Source of the DNA: Anaeramoeba ignava BMAN
Lineage: Eukaryota > Protista > Anaeramoebae
Direction: 5' to 3'
Assembly: GCA_028826165.1 (NCBI GenBank)
Contig: JAPDFW010000059.1
Location: 1,736,927 to 1,800,926, forward strand
Length of the DNA: 64,000 nucleotides
Both the position numbers and the translations under genes were made by a program. How positions within the stretch are numbered: the stretch's first letter is position 1; the number at the start of each line of letters is the position of its first letter. The notes below the pieces were generated by a model, which did not search any database, was not told where the DNA came from, and worked only from the letters and a program-made list of their open reading frames with translations. Shown piece by piece: positions 52,481 through 64,000 of this stretch.

Positions 52481-52635
52481 TTTTATTTTTATTAATAAAA
52501 AAATGAAAAAAATAAAAAATAAAAAATATTTTTTTTGAATTCTTTTTTTCATTTTTTCTCTTTTTGAATTTTTTAATCTTTCTCTTTTTTTTTTTCTTTA
52601 ATCTTTTTCTATCTTTTTTTTTTTTAATCATTTTT

Positions 52636-54544
52636 ATGGCAGATTTGTCAGATGAATTCAATGATTTTGTTGTTTCTGATATAACAAGTTCAGATGAAGA
52701 ATCAAAACAAAAGAAAAAAACAAAAGAAAAGCAAAAACAACAAAAACAAAAACAACAAAGACATAAACACAAACACAAACATAAACACAAAAATAAACAC
52801 AAAGACAAAGACAAATCACAGAATGAAAGTAGTGACATTGATAGCGACAGTGATATTGATGTTCTTGGCGAAATTCAGTCCATTAAAACAGGAATAACTC
52901 CCAAACAAGATCGAAAAAAAGAAACAAAATCACAAGAACCAGATCAGCAGAAAGAAAGGGAAAAAATGCGGCGAATCAGATCTCAAAAAGCAGTTAATTT
53001 ATTTGAGCAAATTGATCCATTAAATGAACCTATTGTTGAAAAACAACCAATTTCAGTTCCAAATAATACAGTTTCAATGAAATCAAAACCCCCTGATATG
53101 TACACGGAAATGAGAAATCTCGATAAATACAACGCAACTACTCAGAAAAAGACGAAAAGACGCCATCGCCACAAGTTAAAAAAACTCAAATCAATTTCTT
53201 CTCCTTCTGAAAACGAAAGTAGTGACATTGATAGCGACAGTGATATTGATGTTCTTGGCGAAATTGAATCCATTAAGACAGGAATAACTCCCAAACAAGA
53301 ATCGTTTTGAGGAAATTATGCTTCCAGAACCAGATAAAGAACAAGAAAGACAACAAATGCGCAGACTCAGATCTCAAAAAGCTTTCGATTTATTCCAGCA
53401 AGTCGATCCTTCAAAAATTGCAGAAGAGAAAACGGTTGGCATTGACAGCTCCCAATATCAAAGTCAATCAAAGTCAACCCAACAACAAGATGATGAAGAG
53501 AAATTATTTCAACAAATGCAATCACAAATTAAAACTGAGCAAACACAAAGCAAAAAAAACGAAAAAAAACCAAGAAAGAAACATAAAAAACTCAAAGTCT
53601 CTTCTCCTTCTGAAAACGAAAGTAGTGACATTGATAGCGACAGTGATATTGATGTTCTTGGCGAAATTCAATCCATTAAGACAGGAATAACTCCCAAACA
53701 AGATCGAAAAAAAGAAAAAAAATCAGAAGAACCGAATAAAGAGCAAGAAAGGAAACAAATGAGGCAACTCAGATCTCAAAAAGCATTTGATTTATTTGCG
53801 GAAATTGATCCATTAACGGAAAAAGAAAAACAAGAACAATCTTTAAAATATTCACAAATTTCACAACAAGAAGAACAAAACAAGATCCAACAGAACTCAC
53901 CAAGATATTCAACTTCAACGCATCAAGAAGATGTCGATTCTCAAAAATCATCTCAAAAAATTTCAAGTGATGCTAAACAACTTAGTTTGGATATTGATGA
54001 TGAATCAAGAAGTGAAACTAGTATTGATTCAGATGATGTCGATGATTTTGGTGAAATTGTTGAAGAAGAGAAAAAAGTTAATGAAGAAGATGATCTTTAT
54101 TCTTTTATTTTTGGAAATTCTGAAGAACCAAAGAAAAAACCATCAAATCAAGAACAATTAAAACAAGAAAAATTAAAACAAGAACAATTAAAACAAGAAA
54201 AATTAAAACAAGAAAAATTAAAACAAAAAAAATTAAAACAAGAAAAATTAAAACAGGAACAATTAAAACAAGAAAAATTAAAACAAGAACAATTAAAACA
54301 AGAACAATTAAAACAAGAACAATTAAAACAAGAACAATTAAAACAAGAAAAATTAAAACAAGAACAATTAAAACAAGAAAAATTAAAACAAGAACAATTA
54401 AAACAAGAACAATTAAAACAAGAACAATTAAAAAGAAATGTTCAAACTCCTCAAAATGAAAGACTTTCAAAGATTGATTTGGAAAATTTAGATTTCTCTT
54501 CAGATAGTGATGAATCAATTAATAGTAGTGATCTTGATTTTTAA
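52636..54544 (+). CDS. Hypothetical disordered acidic/basic repeat protein (frame break near 53305)
   Basis: ORFs 52564-53310 and 53318-54544 share a three-fold repeated module and a (QE[Q/K]LK)n tract. Confidence 0.65.
54148..54433 (+). repeat. 15-bp coding tandem repeat (CAAGAA[C/A]AATTAAAA)n, about 19 units
   Basis: Directly visible. Confidence 0.9.
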
Positions 54545-54855
54545 TCATTTTCTTCTTTTCTTTTCTTTTCCTTTTCTTTTCTTTTTTTCTTTTCCTTTTT
54601 TCTTGTTTGTTTTGTTCTTTCTTGTTAGATTTCTTTTTTTTTTTCATTCCACATTTTAATCTTACTCTCTTATTTTTTTTTGCTAAATCATTCAGTAAAA
54701 TTCTTTCATTAAAACCATTGAAAAATTTAACAAAATAAAACATTTTTTAATTTTAATTTTAATTTTAATTTTTAATTTAAATTTAATTTTAATTTTAATT
54801 TTATTTTTAATTTTGATTTTAATTTTAATTTTAATTTTTAATTTTAATTTTAATT

Positions 54856-56462
54856 TTAATTTTGATTTTTAATTTTAAATTTAATTTGGATTTTGATTCT
54901 AAATTTAATATCAATTCCTATTTGAATTTCATTAATTATTTCTTGTGTAATTTCAATTTCATCTTTAATTTGATTTGAATAAATCCAATATTCAAATATT
55001 TGGAATGATTTATTACTTAATTCACTATAATCTGTAACTTTATTTGAAGTATCATTTGTTACAGATAAAAACATTCCTCGATATAATTCACTTCTCATTA
55101 TTAATATTAATTTAGGAAATTTATATTGTTTTTCTTTTCTTTCAATTATAAAATCTTTTTCATTTTCATTTTCATTTAAATAAATTCTTTTCATTGTTTC
55201 TTCAATTTTTTCATTTAAATTTATAATTTCTTTAATTTCAAAATATAATATTGGATTTATTTTGGAATTATTTGAATAAATTATTTCAAATATTTGATTT
55301 GATTCTTTAATTGATTTATTTGAAATAATTTCTTGAAGTTTTTCAATTTGATTTTGATTTTGATTTAATCTATATTTCAATATTAATTTATGAGCTTCAA
55401 TTATTTCTCCATTTTCTGTTTTAAATGAAATATTGCAAAATTCTTTTCTTCTAAATAATTTTATCAAATCTTCTTCAAGATTAGGAAAAAGGAGAAAGAA
55501 AAGGAGAATAATAAAGAAATGAATTTTCATCTCCACAACAAATATGATAATTAGAAATATTTTCATTAAATCTTAATTTAGGAAGTTTAATTTGAATTGG
55601 AATTGATTATGGTTCTGTATCTCCAGTTCCTAATTGACCAAAAGAATTATATCCAAATCCGATTAGTTTCCCTTTTGAAGTTAAAATCAAAGTATGATGA
55701 AATCCAACAGAAATATCAAGAATATTATCATCATTTTCAAATAAAGATGATTTGATTTCAGTAAATTCATAAGTATATTTGCCAAGTCCATTAAAAAGAT
55801 ATCTTCCACATGAATAAAGTTTTCTTTTTGAATTTTCATTTTAATTTTCATTTTCAATTAACATTATTGAATGAGAGTTTCCACATTTAATATCAATTAT
55901 TTTACCTTTTGGAATATTTTGGATTTTGGTTAATTTTTGGATTTTTGTTTCTTCTATTGATTCTCCTAATCCAAGTTGACCATAATAATTATATCCGCAT
56001 CCAAATAATTCTTGATTTGAATTTAAAAGAAAAACACAATCTGAAGAATTTCCTGAAAATATTTTAGAAACATTTTTCATCATTAAAATTGGTTTTTGTG
56101 TTTTTGGAAGTGTTTTAGAATCGAAGCCAAGTTGATTATTATAATTTAAACCAATTCCATAAGCATTTTGATTTGAAGTTAATAAGTAAATTGAATTGTA
56201 TCCAGAAACAATATCTTCAATTATTCTATCATTTTTATTTTTAATTAATGATGAAATATTGATAAATTCTTTTGGATTTTTTGAATTAATATATTCTCCT
56301 TTAGCAAATACATTTCCTTCTTTTGTTAAAATAGCTTCATTAAAATAACCAACAGTTACTTTTTGAATATTTTCTTTAATTTGGATTTTTTCAGGTTTTG
56401 GTTTTGAATCTTCTTCATTTAAATATTCTATTGCTTTTCCATTTTTAAAAAGGAAAATTGTT
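54856..56462 (-). pseudogene. RCC1-BTB copy 4, truncated at both ends, with in-frame stops
   Basis: Homology starts at TIFLFKNGKA (N-terminus missing). TAA stops near 55841 and 55608, a frameshift near 55500, and the end breaks after IGID. Confidence 0.8.
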
Positions 56463-57462
56463 TTTATTTTTTGTTTTTTAAATAAGAAATCCCAATTTGA
56501 ATAAATTGAAATTAATTTAAAATATAAATAAATAATCACAAAAACTTATTTATAAACATTGATATATTCATTTTATTATAAATAAATTAAAATTAATAAA
56601 GGAATAAAAAATGAAAAAAATGAAAAAAAATTTTAAAAAAAAAATGAAAAAAAATTAATTTTTATTTTATTAAATTTTTTATAAGAAAAATCAAAATAAA
56701 AAATCCAAATTAAAATTAAAAAAAATAATAAAATAAAAATTAAAAATAATCTAAAAATGAAAAATTGATAAAAAATGAATAAAAAGAAGCAAAATGAATA
56801 ATAAAAAGAAAAAAGAGGAAAATAATCAAAGAATAATAAACTTCTTGAATAATTTCTGAAATAAAATTATGAGAAAAAAAGAAATAGAATAAAATTAATT
56901 AAAAAATTATATTTAAAAAATACATAACAAAAGGCTTGATAAATTAGACATAATTTTAATAAGAAAAAAACTCTATTTTAATAATTTTAATTCATTAACT
57001 TTTAAGACAAATATTAAGTTTTAATTCAAAATTTTTTTTTAAATGATAATTTATGTTAATTTTTTAATTAAAAATGAAATAAAAAAAAAATAAATAAAAA
57101 ATCGGAAAAAAAAATTTAATAAAAAAAATAACAATAATAATAACAAGTAAATATATGAAGAGAAAGGAAATTTATTTAATTTTTTTTCATTAAATTGATT
57201 TATAATTTAATTTAATTATTTTTTAAAAGAATCAAAACTAATTTTAAATTAAAAAAACCTTTAATAAATTATTTAATTAAATTTTTAATCAAAAAAGCCT
57301 TTAATAATTTATTTTTTTGAAATTAAATTTAAATTATTTAAATAAGGAACTTAAATTATTTATTATTAAATTTGATATAAGAGTAAATAGGAAAAATATA
57401 AATTAAAAAAAAATTTTTTTTTTCATTTTTTTTTCATTTTTTTTAAACAAAAACAAAAAGAC

Positions 57463-57760
57463 AAACACAATGAATACAAACACAATGAATACAAATGCAA
57501 TGAATACAAACACAATGAATACAAACACAATGAATACAAACACAATGAACACAAATGCAATGAATACAAACACAATGAATACAAACACAATGAATACAAA
57601 CACAATGAATGCAAACACAATGAATACAAACACAATGAACACAAATGCAATGAATACAAATGCAATGAATACAAACACAATGAATACAATGAATACAAAC
57701 ACATTGAAAACAAATGCAATGAATACAAATGCAATGAATACAAACACAATGAATACAAAC
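57463..57760 (+). repeat. 15-bp coding repeat (ATGAATACAAACACA)n
   Basis: Directly visible, about 20 units. Confidence 0.9.
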
Positions 57761-60700
57761 TTATTGAATTTACCAAACAATCAATTTGATGCTTTACTTT
57801 CTGATGAATGTACGATAGACCTCAAAGCTTTATTGAAAATTGAAGCAACCCTTTCTGATTTTACAATAATTTGTGGTAAAAATCTAAAAGAATTTCGTTG
57901 CCATAAATTAATTTTAAGTTCGAGAAGCCAATTTTTCCATTCATTATTCCGACAAAAAGATTTGGAGATAATCAATTTCGCTGAATTTGAATATGGAATT
58001 GTTGATCCTGTTATGGGTTTTTTGTATACTGGAGAAATTAAAATTCCTCAACAATCTTTTGATTCTTATCACAAATTAGCTGATAAACTAATATTACCAA
58101 AACTCAAAATCAAAATTGAAAAAGATATTCAACAATCATTAAATCAAGATAACTTAGTTGATGTATATTCTAAATCTAAAAGAATTTCATCAGATTTTCT
58201 TATTCAATCTTGTGGAGATTTATTAACTCAGAATATTGACCAAATGATTCAATCAAATCAAGTTCAAAAAATCAATCAACATGAAGTTATTTGCTTTATT
58301 GAAATGATGCTTTTAAACAAAACAACCAATAAACTTAAATTAATTCCAGGTTTAGTTATTGAATGGTTCAAATACAACAATTTGAAACCTCAACGAGAAT
58401 ATTCCAAATTACATTTAAAGAATTTACAAATTCCATTTTATAAATCCATTTTTCAATTATTGGAACATATTCAATATCTTTATCCAATTTCAGATTATCA
58501 AATGTATCAAATTCAGAAATTCTCTTTTTTTCCTTTTGAAACTGTTGTTGAAATCTATAATCATCATGTAATTTCATTTATTTTGAAATTAAAAACAAAA
58601 ACAAAAATAAAAACAAAAACAAAAACAAAAATAAAAACAAAAATAAAAACAAAAACAAAAATAAAAACAAAAATAAAAACAAAAATAAAAACAAAAATAA
58701 AAACAAAAACAAAAACAAAAACAAAAACAAAAACAAAATTAAAAATAAAAACAAAAAAAACAAAAATCTTAAAAAAAAAACAAAAACAAAAACAAAAATA
58801 AAAATAAAAAAAAATAAAATTAAAAACAAAAACAAAAATAAAAACAAAAAAACAAAACAAAAAAACAAAAAAACAAAAAGAAAATAAAAAAAAACAAAAA
58901 AAAAATTAAAAACAAAAAAAAAACAAAAATAAAAACAAAAACAAAAACAAAAAAAAATAAAAACAAAAAAAAATAAAAATAAAAATAAAAATAAAAGATC
59001 GAAAAATAAACTGAACAAAAATTAATTCAAGAAAAGAAAGATCTTAAAAAGAAAACAAAAGAATTAATTCAAGAAAAAGAAGATTTCAAATCAAAGAAAA
59101 TAAAAAGAAAAAAAAAAAAAAAAGAGAACCAAGAAAAAAAAATTAAGCAAGAAGGAAAAAGATATGACGAAAAAGAACAGAATTAACCAATCAAAAAAAC
59201 AAGAATTGATCAAAAGGAAAAAAAGAATGCTAAAGAAAACAAAAAGAACTTGATCGAAAGGAAAAAAAAATCAAGAAGGAAAAAAAAGAATTAAGAACAA
59301 AAAACAAGCGAGATTCAACTAAGTCAAACCAAGTAATTTTATTTCAAATTAATATATATATTCAAATTGAATCAAAAATATAATTTGAATTTAATTAATC
59401 TCTAATTTATTAATTATTAATATATTTATTTCCAAAACTAATTTATTAATTTTCATTCAAATAAAAATAGCCAGTAAATATTTTTTTTTAAATTAAAAAT
59501 TTATTTTAAATAATTTGAATTGAAAATATTTAATAAAAACAAAATAGCCTGTAAATTAATATATTTAAAAACAAAAAATAATTCTCAAAATAAAAATGAA
59601 AATTATTTATAAAATAAATAGAAAGTAAATATATATTTTCATTTCCCATTTTTTCTCATTTTCCCAATTTTTTAATTTGAGAAATTTCAAAATAAATATT
59701 CTCTCCTTTTTTTTATGCTTAATTCTTTTTTTATTTATTTATAATTAATTATTATTTAATAAATAGGAAGTAAATATATTTTCCTTGCCATTTTGTTCAT
59801 TTGTGGAATTTAAAAATTAAATATTTTTTTCTTTTTTTTTAAACCTAATTATTTTAATTTATTCATAAAATATTTAAAAATTTATTAATTCAAAAATAAT
59901 TATTCATAAAATAAATAGGAAGTAAATATCTTTTTTTTGCCAATTTTTTTCTTCACAATTCCTTTTTTTATTAATTGTTTAATTATTATTCAATTTATTA
60001 AATAGCCAGTAAATAATTAAATTTAAAAAAAAAAGAAATTATTATTAAAATAATATTAAATTAATATTTATTATTATTTTGGAAAAAAAAATTAATCTAT
60101 TTTGATTTATTATTTAATTTTCACACATAAAAATTTTACAAATTTAAAGAGTAACAACGTTGAAATTGAAAAGGAATTAAAGCTTTTGGATGATGAATTT
60201 AACAAATCAGATTATGTAATTCAAACAAAAATAAAAACAAAACAAAAACATTTTTAATTTAATTTTATTTAATTTTTTAAAAATAAATTTAGAAAAAGAA
60301 GGTTTGAATTATTTTTTGATTAAAATTAACAACAATTAGTTCTTAATTTATTAACTCATTTTTATTATTTAAATTATGAATAATTTGTTTTAATTCATTT
60401 ATTTTTTGAATTATTTTGTTTTTCCAATATTAAATTTAAAAACAAAAATAAAAAAGAAAGGAGCAACTTTATTACATTATTTTGCACAAAAGAAACCAAT
60501 TAATAATGATCTTTTTAATCATTTTATTAAATCAGGAGTTGATTGGAATAAACAAGATGTAAAATAATATATAATTTTTTTCCAATTTAAATTACATTTT
60601 TATTATTCAAAAAACAAAAACAAAAACAAAAATAATTAAATTAAAATTATTTTATTTAAATATTAAATAAATATCAAAAATAATTAATTTTTATTTTTAA

Positions 60701-60849
60701 ATTGAATAATATTAAATTATTTATAATAGGAAGTAAAAATAAATCAAAATCAAAATTTACTTTTTTTTTCTTTTTTCTTTTTTTGAAAAAAATGAATTAT
60801 TTATTGAATGAAAATTTGTTTTTATTTTATTTTGAAAAAAAAATAGTAT
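57470..60849 (+). CDS. BTB/POZ protein with N-terminal (MNTNT)n, Lys-rich coiled coil and C-terminal ankyrin-like exon(s); 3' end unresolved
   Basis: BTB: SDFTIIC...FRCHKLILSSRSQFF...FLYTG. Downstream exon 60457-60558 reads KGATLLHYFAQ...FIKSGVDWNKQD (ankyrin-like) and exon 60150-60215 is also open. Frame is corrupted in the A-rich stretch 58590-59300, so linkage of the downstream exons is inferred. Confidence 0.7.
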
Positions 60850-60854
60850 GTAAA
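59466..60854 (+). other. Array of putative 3-nt micro-exons: 59471-73 CCA, 59548-50 CCT, 59622-24 AAA, 59767-69 GAA, 59919-21 GAA, 60006-08 CCA, 60730-32 GAA, 60847-49 TAT
   Basis: Eight occurrences of AATAG-NNN-GTAAA, the first six separated by 71-149-nt AT-rich spacers. Confidence 0.65.
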
Positions 60855-61149
60855 AATAAACATTTTTTTTTGTGATTTTTCTTTTGAATAAAAATAAAAA
60901 CAAATTTCCCAAATAATATAATATTTATTTAATTCATTTGGAAAAAAAAATAATCTAAATTTAATTTAATTTAATTTAATTTGAAATTGGGGAAATATCA
61001 AATAAGATTTTGATTTTTAATTTTATTAAGAAAATCATAAGTGAGATTTCTACATGTTTTTTTATGTTTTTTTTTGAAGTAATTTTGATAAAAAGAAAAT
61101 AAAAGGAAAATGGAATAATTCATTTTTAAATTAATTTTTATAATCATAT

Positions 61150-63950
61150 TCTATTTAATCTTTCAAGTAAGAATAATATATCAAATAATCTGTATAATAT
61201 TCTGATTATTCTTTTCATTATTTTGATTCTAACTCTAATTCTGATATCTTTATTAATTAATATTTCCAAATATTCTTTGTATCCTTTCTTAGATTTATTT
61301 TATTTGTTATAATTTATTTTCTTTGAATCTTTCTTTCTTTTTTGAATTTGTTTTTATTTTTGAATTTTTTATTTTCAGAATTATCCTTGTTATTTATCTT
61401 ATTAATTTTATTATCATTATTGAATTTGATTTTGAATTTGATTTTCTTCATTATTTCTCATTTTCTATTCATCTTTCTTATATTATATTCTATTTCCCAT
61501 TAACTATAAATTATGATATAATTTCAAATATCTTCTGAATATATTTTATTGTTTATTTTTTCATATATTTACCTTCTGTTAATTTCTTTTATTAGTTTTT
61601 TTTGTTTATTTATTTAATTGAATGAATTGATTTTTATTCATTTATTTCTTATTTCTTGATAAATTTAATATTTTACAAATAAAAAGAAAATAATTTAATA
61701 TTTCTTTTCTTTCTTTAAATAACATAGATATATTTCATATTATTATTTTTTTTTCATTTAATAAGTATATTTATTGATTCTATTTATGAAAATTATTAAT
61801 TTTAGAAGAATAATATTTTTGATATTTTAGATATTTTTATTCTTTGATTTTTGGTTTTTATAATTTAATTATTTCTAAATAAGTTATTTTTCTATCCTTG
61901 ATTCATTCTAATTTATTTTTATCTTTCTAAAAATAAATATTCTTTGAATTATTTTTGAAATATTTTTGTATTCCTTATTTCTATCTTATTTATAAATATT
62001 GAATATAATTTCTTGAATTAAGATTTTCTAATTTTATTTTAATTTTTCTATTATTTTCTATATTCTTATATTTATTTGAATTATGAAATTAGAAATGTTT
62101 ATTTCATTCCAAAAGTCAAAATATATGAATATAAATTAATTTTTATATAAACTTGATTTAATATGTTTATTAACAATTAAATTTATTCTTTTTGATATTA
62201 TTTTTTTTTTATTAATAATAATATTAGGGTTTTTCTTACATAATATAATTATGTAAGAATTGTTATTTTATAAATAATTATTTTTATAAATGATTTGAAA
62301 TATTATTTAAATTGATTATAAACCTTAATTAATTAATTAAAATTTTTCTTTGAATTTTTGAATATTATTTTCAATATATTTATTTGAATTAAGCAATAAT
62401 TTCAAGATATTTTAATATTTCCTTTTATTTTATTTTTATTTTTTTATTTGATTTTTAATTCATAATTTTCAAGAATTGTTATTAATATTATTTGAACTTT
62501 AAATACAATTTCTATATATGAAAATTTTTATATCAATATAATCATATAATCAATAATAAAATTTTATCTCTTCAATAATAAAATGATTAATCATTCCAAA
62601 TATTAAAAAGGGATAAATAATATTTCTCTTTCTGATTTATTCCATATTTATTTACCTTTATAATATTTATTTAAGAAGTTTTAAATAATAATAATAATAA
62701 TAATATTGATGAAATTTTGATAATAATTTTTCTAATTAATTTTCTAATTAATTATATCAAAAATATTTTTGAATATTTATATTTATTATATAAGGTTATT
62801 TTATTTATATTAATTTATTTTGTAATTTTAAAATTTCTATTCTTATATTCATTATTTTTCTAAATCCAATTTATTTATACAAAATATATTCTCTCATAAT
62901 AATTTAATTTATTCAAATATTCTTTTCAAAAATAATAAATATTCTTATTAATAAATTATTTATAGATAAACATAATTCTTCTTGAAAACATTTAATTTAT
63001 TACTTTTGGATTCATATTCTTTATTTATTCTTTTATTATTCTGTTTTATTTATTTAATAAATTGATAATGATAATATTTTTGAATTTTTCTTTTTTCTCA
63101 ATATAATATAATATAATATAATAATTTTTGATAAATTTTTATCTTATTATATTCATAAATTGAACTATTTATTGAATTTTAAATTATTTTTATTAATTTA
63201 TTATAAAGGAATTATTTAATTTATTTAATATCAAATTGTATGATTATTATTTTATTTTCTATTTTATTTTATTTTATTTAAATATTGATTCTTTAACTTG
63301 TATTTTAATTTCATCAATAATTTATTTAAATTATTTTTATTTATTATTAAATATAATATCTTTTCTTTTCTTTTATTATTCTTATTCTTTTCATTTCAAT
63401 TCATTAATTTATTTATCTATTTTTATTATCTATTTTTATTCCTCAAAATATTTTTATCAATATTATTTACTTTTTGAATTAAATTATGTTAAAATTAATT
63501 CCAATCTTAATTTTGTTATCTATTTATATTTATATCTAAATTTTTCTTTTCTTAAATTTATTATCTTTTATATTTCTAATTATTGAAATATTGAGAATTG
63601 ATTTCTGATTTAAATTTTTGATTTCTCAATTCTTTTCATTATTATATCTTGAAATTATTATTTTTTATTGATTGATAATATTTCTTTTTTTTCTTTTTCT
63701 TTTCTTTTTCTTGATTAATATTTATTTTGTTTTTGAGATAATTTTTATTTTAATTTAATTTTTGATTTCCAAAAATAATTTATATTTCTTATTACATTAT
63801 TTTGAATATTAAATATGATTTGAGTATTAAATCACAAATGTTTTTAATTTTATTTATTTATTTGATTAAAATATCCTCATCTTATTATATATTTTTATTT
63901 CCTTTCCTAATTTTTGCAATTATTTGATTTATTTTATTCATAATTTGATA
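61150..63950 (-). mobile_element. Heavily degenerate non-LTR retrotransposon relic (RT plus CCHC knuckle); boundaries approximate
   Basis: Collinear minus-strand remnants: INIQK.FD (~62755-62790), YGINQ...LFNIW (~62592-62648), YELKI..K (~62440-62465), LKYLEII (62395-62415), EILNYFLFIC (61675-61704). Confidence 0.55.
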
Positions 63951-64000
63951 TTGATTTATATATATATTCTCCCACAACATTTACTTTGTATGGCGAACCT

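Noticed and set aside
16690-53310. Programmed frameshifting in BTB-TLDc, RCC1-BTB, Med16 and the orphan gene
   Set aside because: Breaks sit at or beside homopolymers, intact paralogues exist, and the satellites show long-read-type indel noise. Assembly error or pseudogenisation is more likely.
63965-64000. Minus-strand GSPYKVNV resembling the end of a filamin repeat
   Set aside because: Only about 10 codons at the window edge; cannot be supported.

Overview
Very AT-rich, intron-containing eukaryotic DNA. Gene content (expanded RCC1-BTB and BTB-TLDc families, microsatellite-filled introns, Asn/Gln/Glu tracts) resembles an anaerobic protist such as Anaeramoeba; this taxon call is inference only. 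Host genes: Cdc14 phosphatase (partial), a large BEACH/WD40 protein, an NDR/Dbf2-type kinase, a Chtop/FoP-like protein, two BTB-BACK-TLDc paralogues, an ARH1-like ADP-ribosylhydrolase, four RCC1-BTB paralogues, a CH-CH coiled-coil protein, Med16, a repetitive acidic protein and a BTB-ankyrin gene. Three main observations. (1) A 16.7-kb hAT-like DNA transposon (20391-37108; TIRs, 8-bp TSD, open transposase ORF, two internal satellites, a GC-rich hairpin) sits inside the 18.6-kb first intron of the ARH gene. (2) A run of apparent 3-nt single-codon micro-exons (AATAG-NNN-GTAAA, eight times) lies in the BTB-ankyrin gene at 59.5-60.9 kb. (3) A non-LTR retrotransposon relic at 61-64 kb has lost motifs apparently through C>T/G>A changes. 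Many single-base homopolymer frameshifts look like long-read assembly errors.
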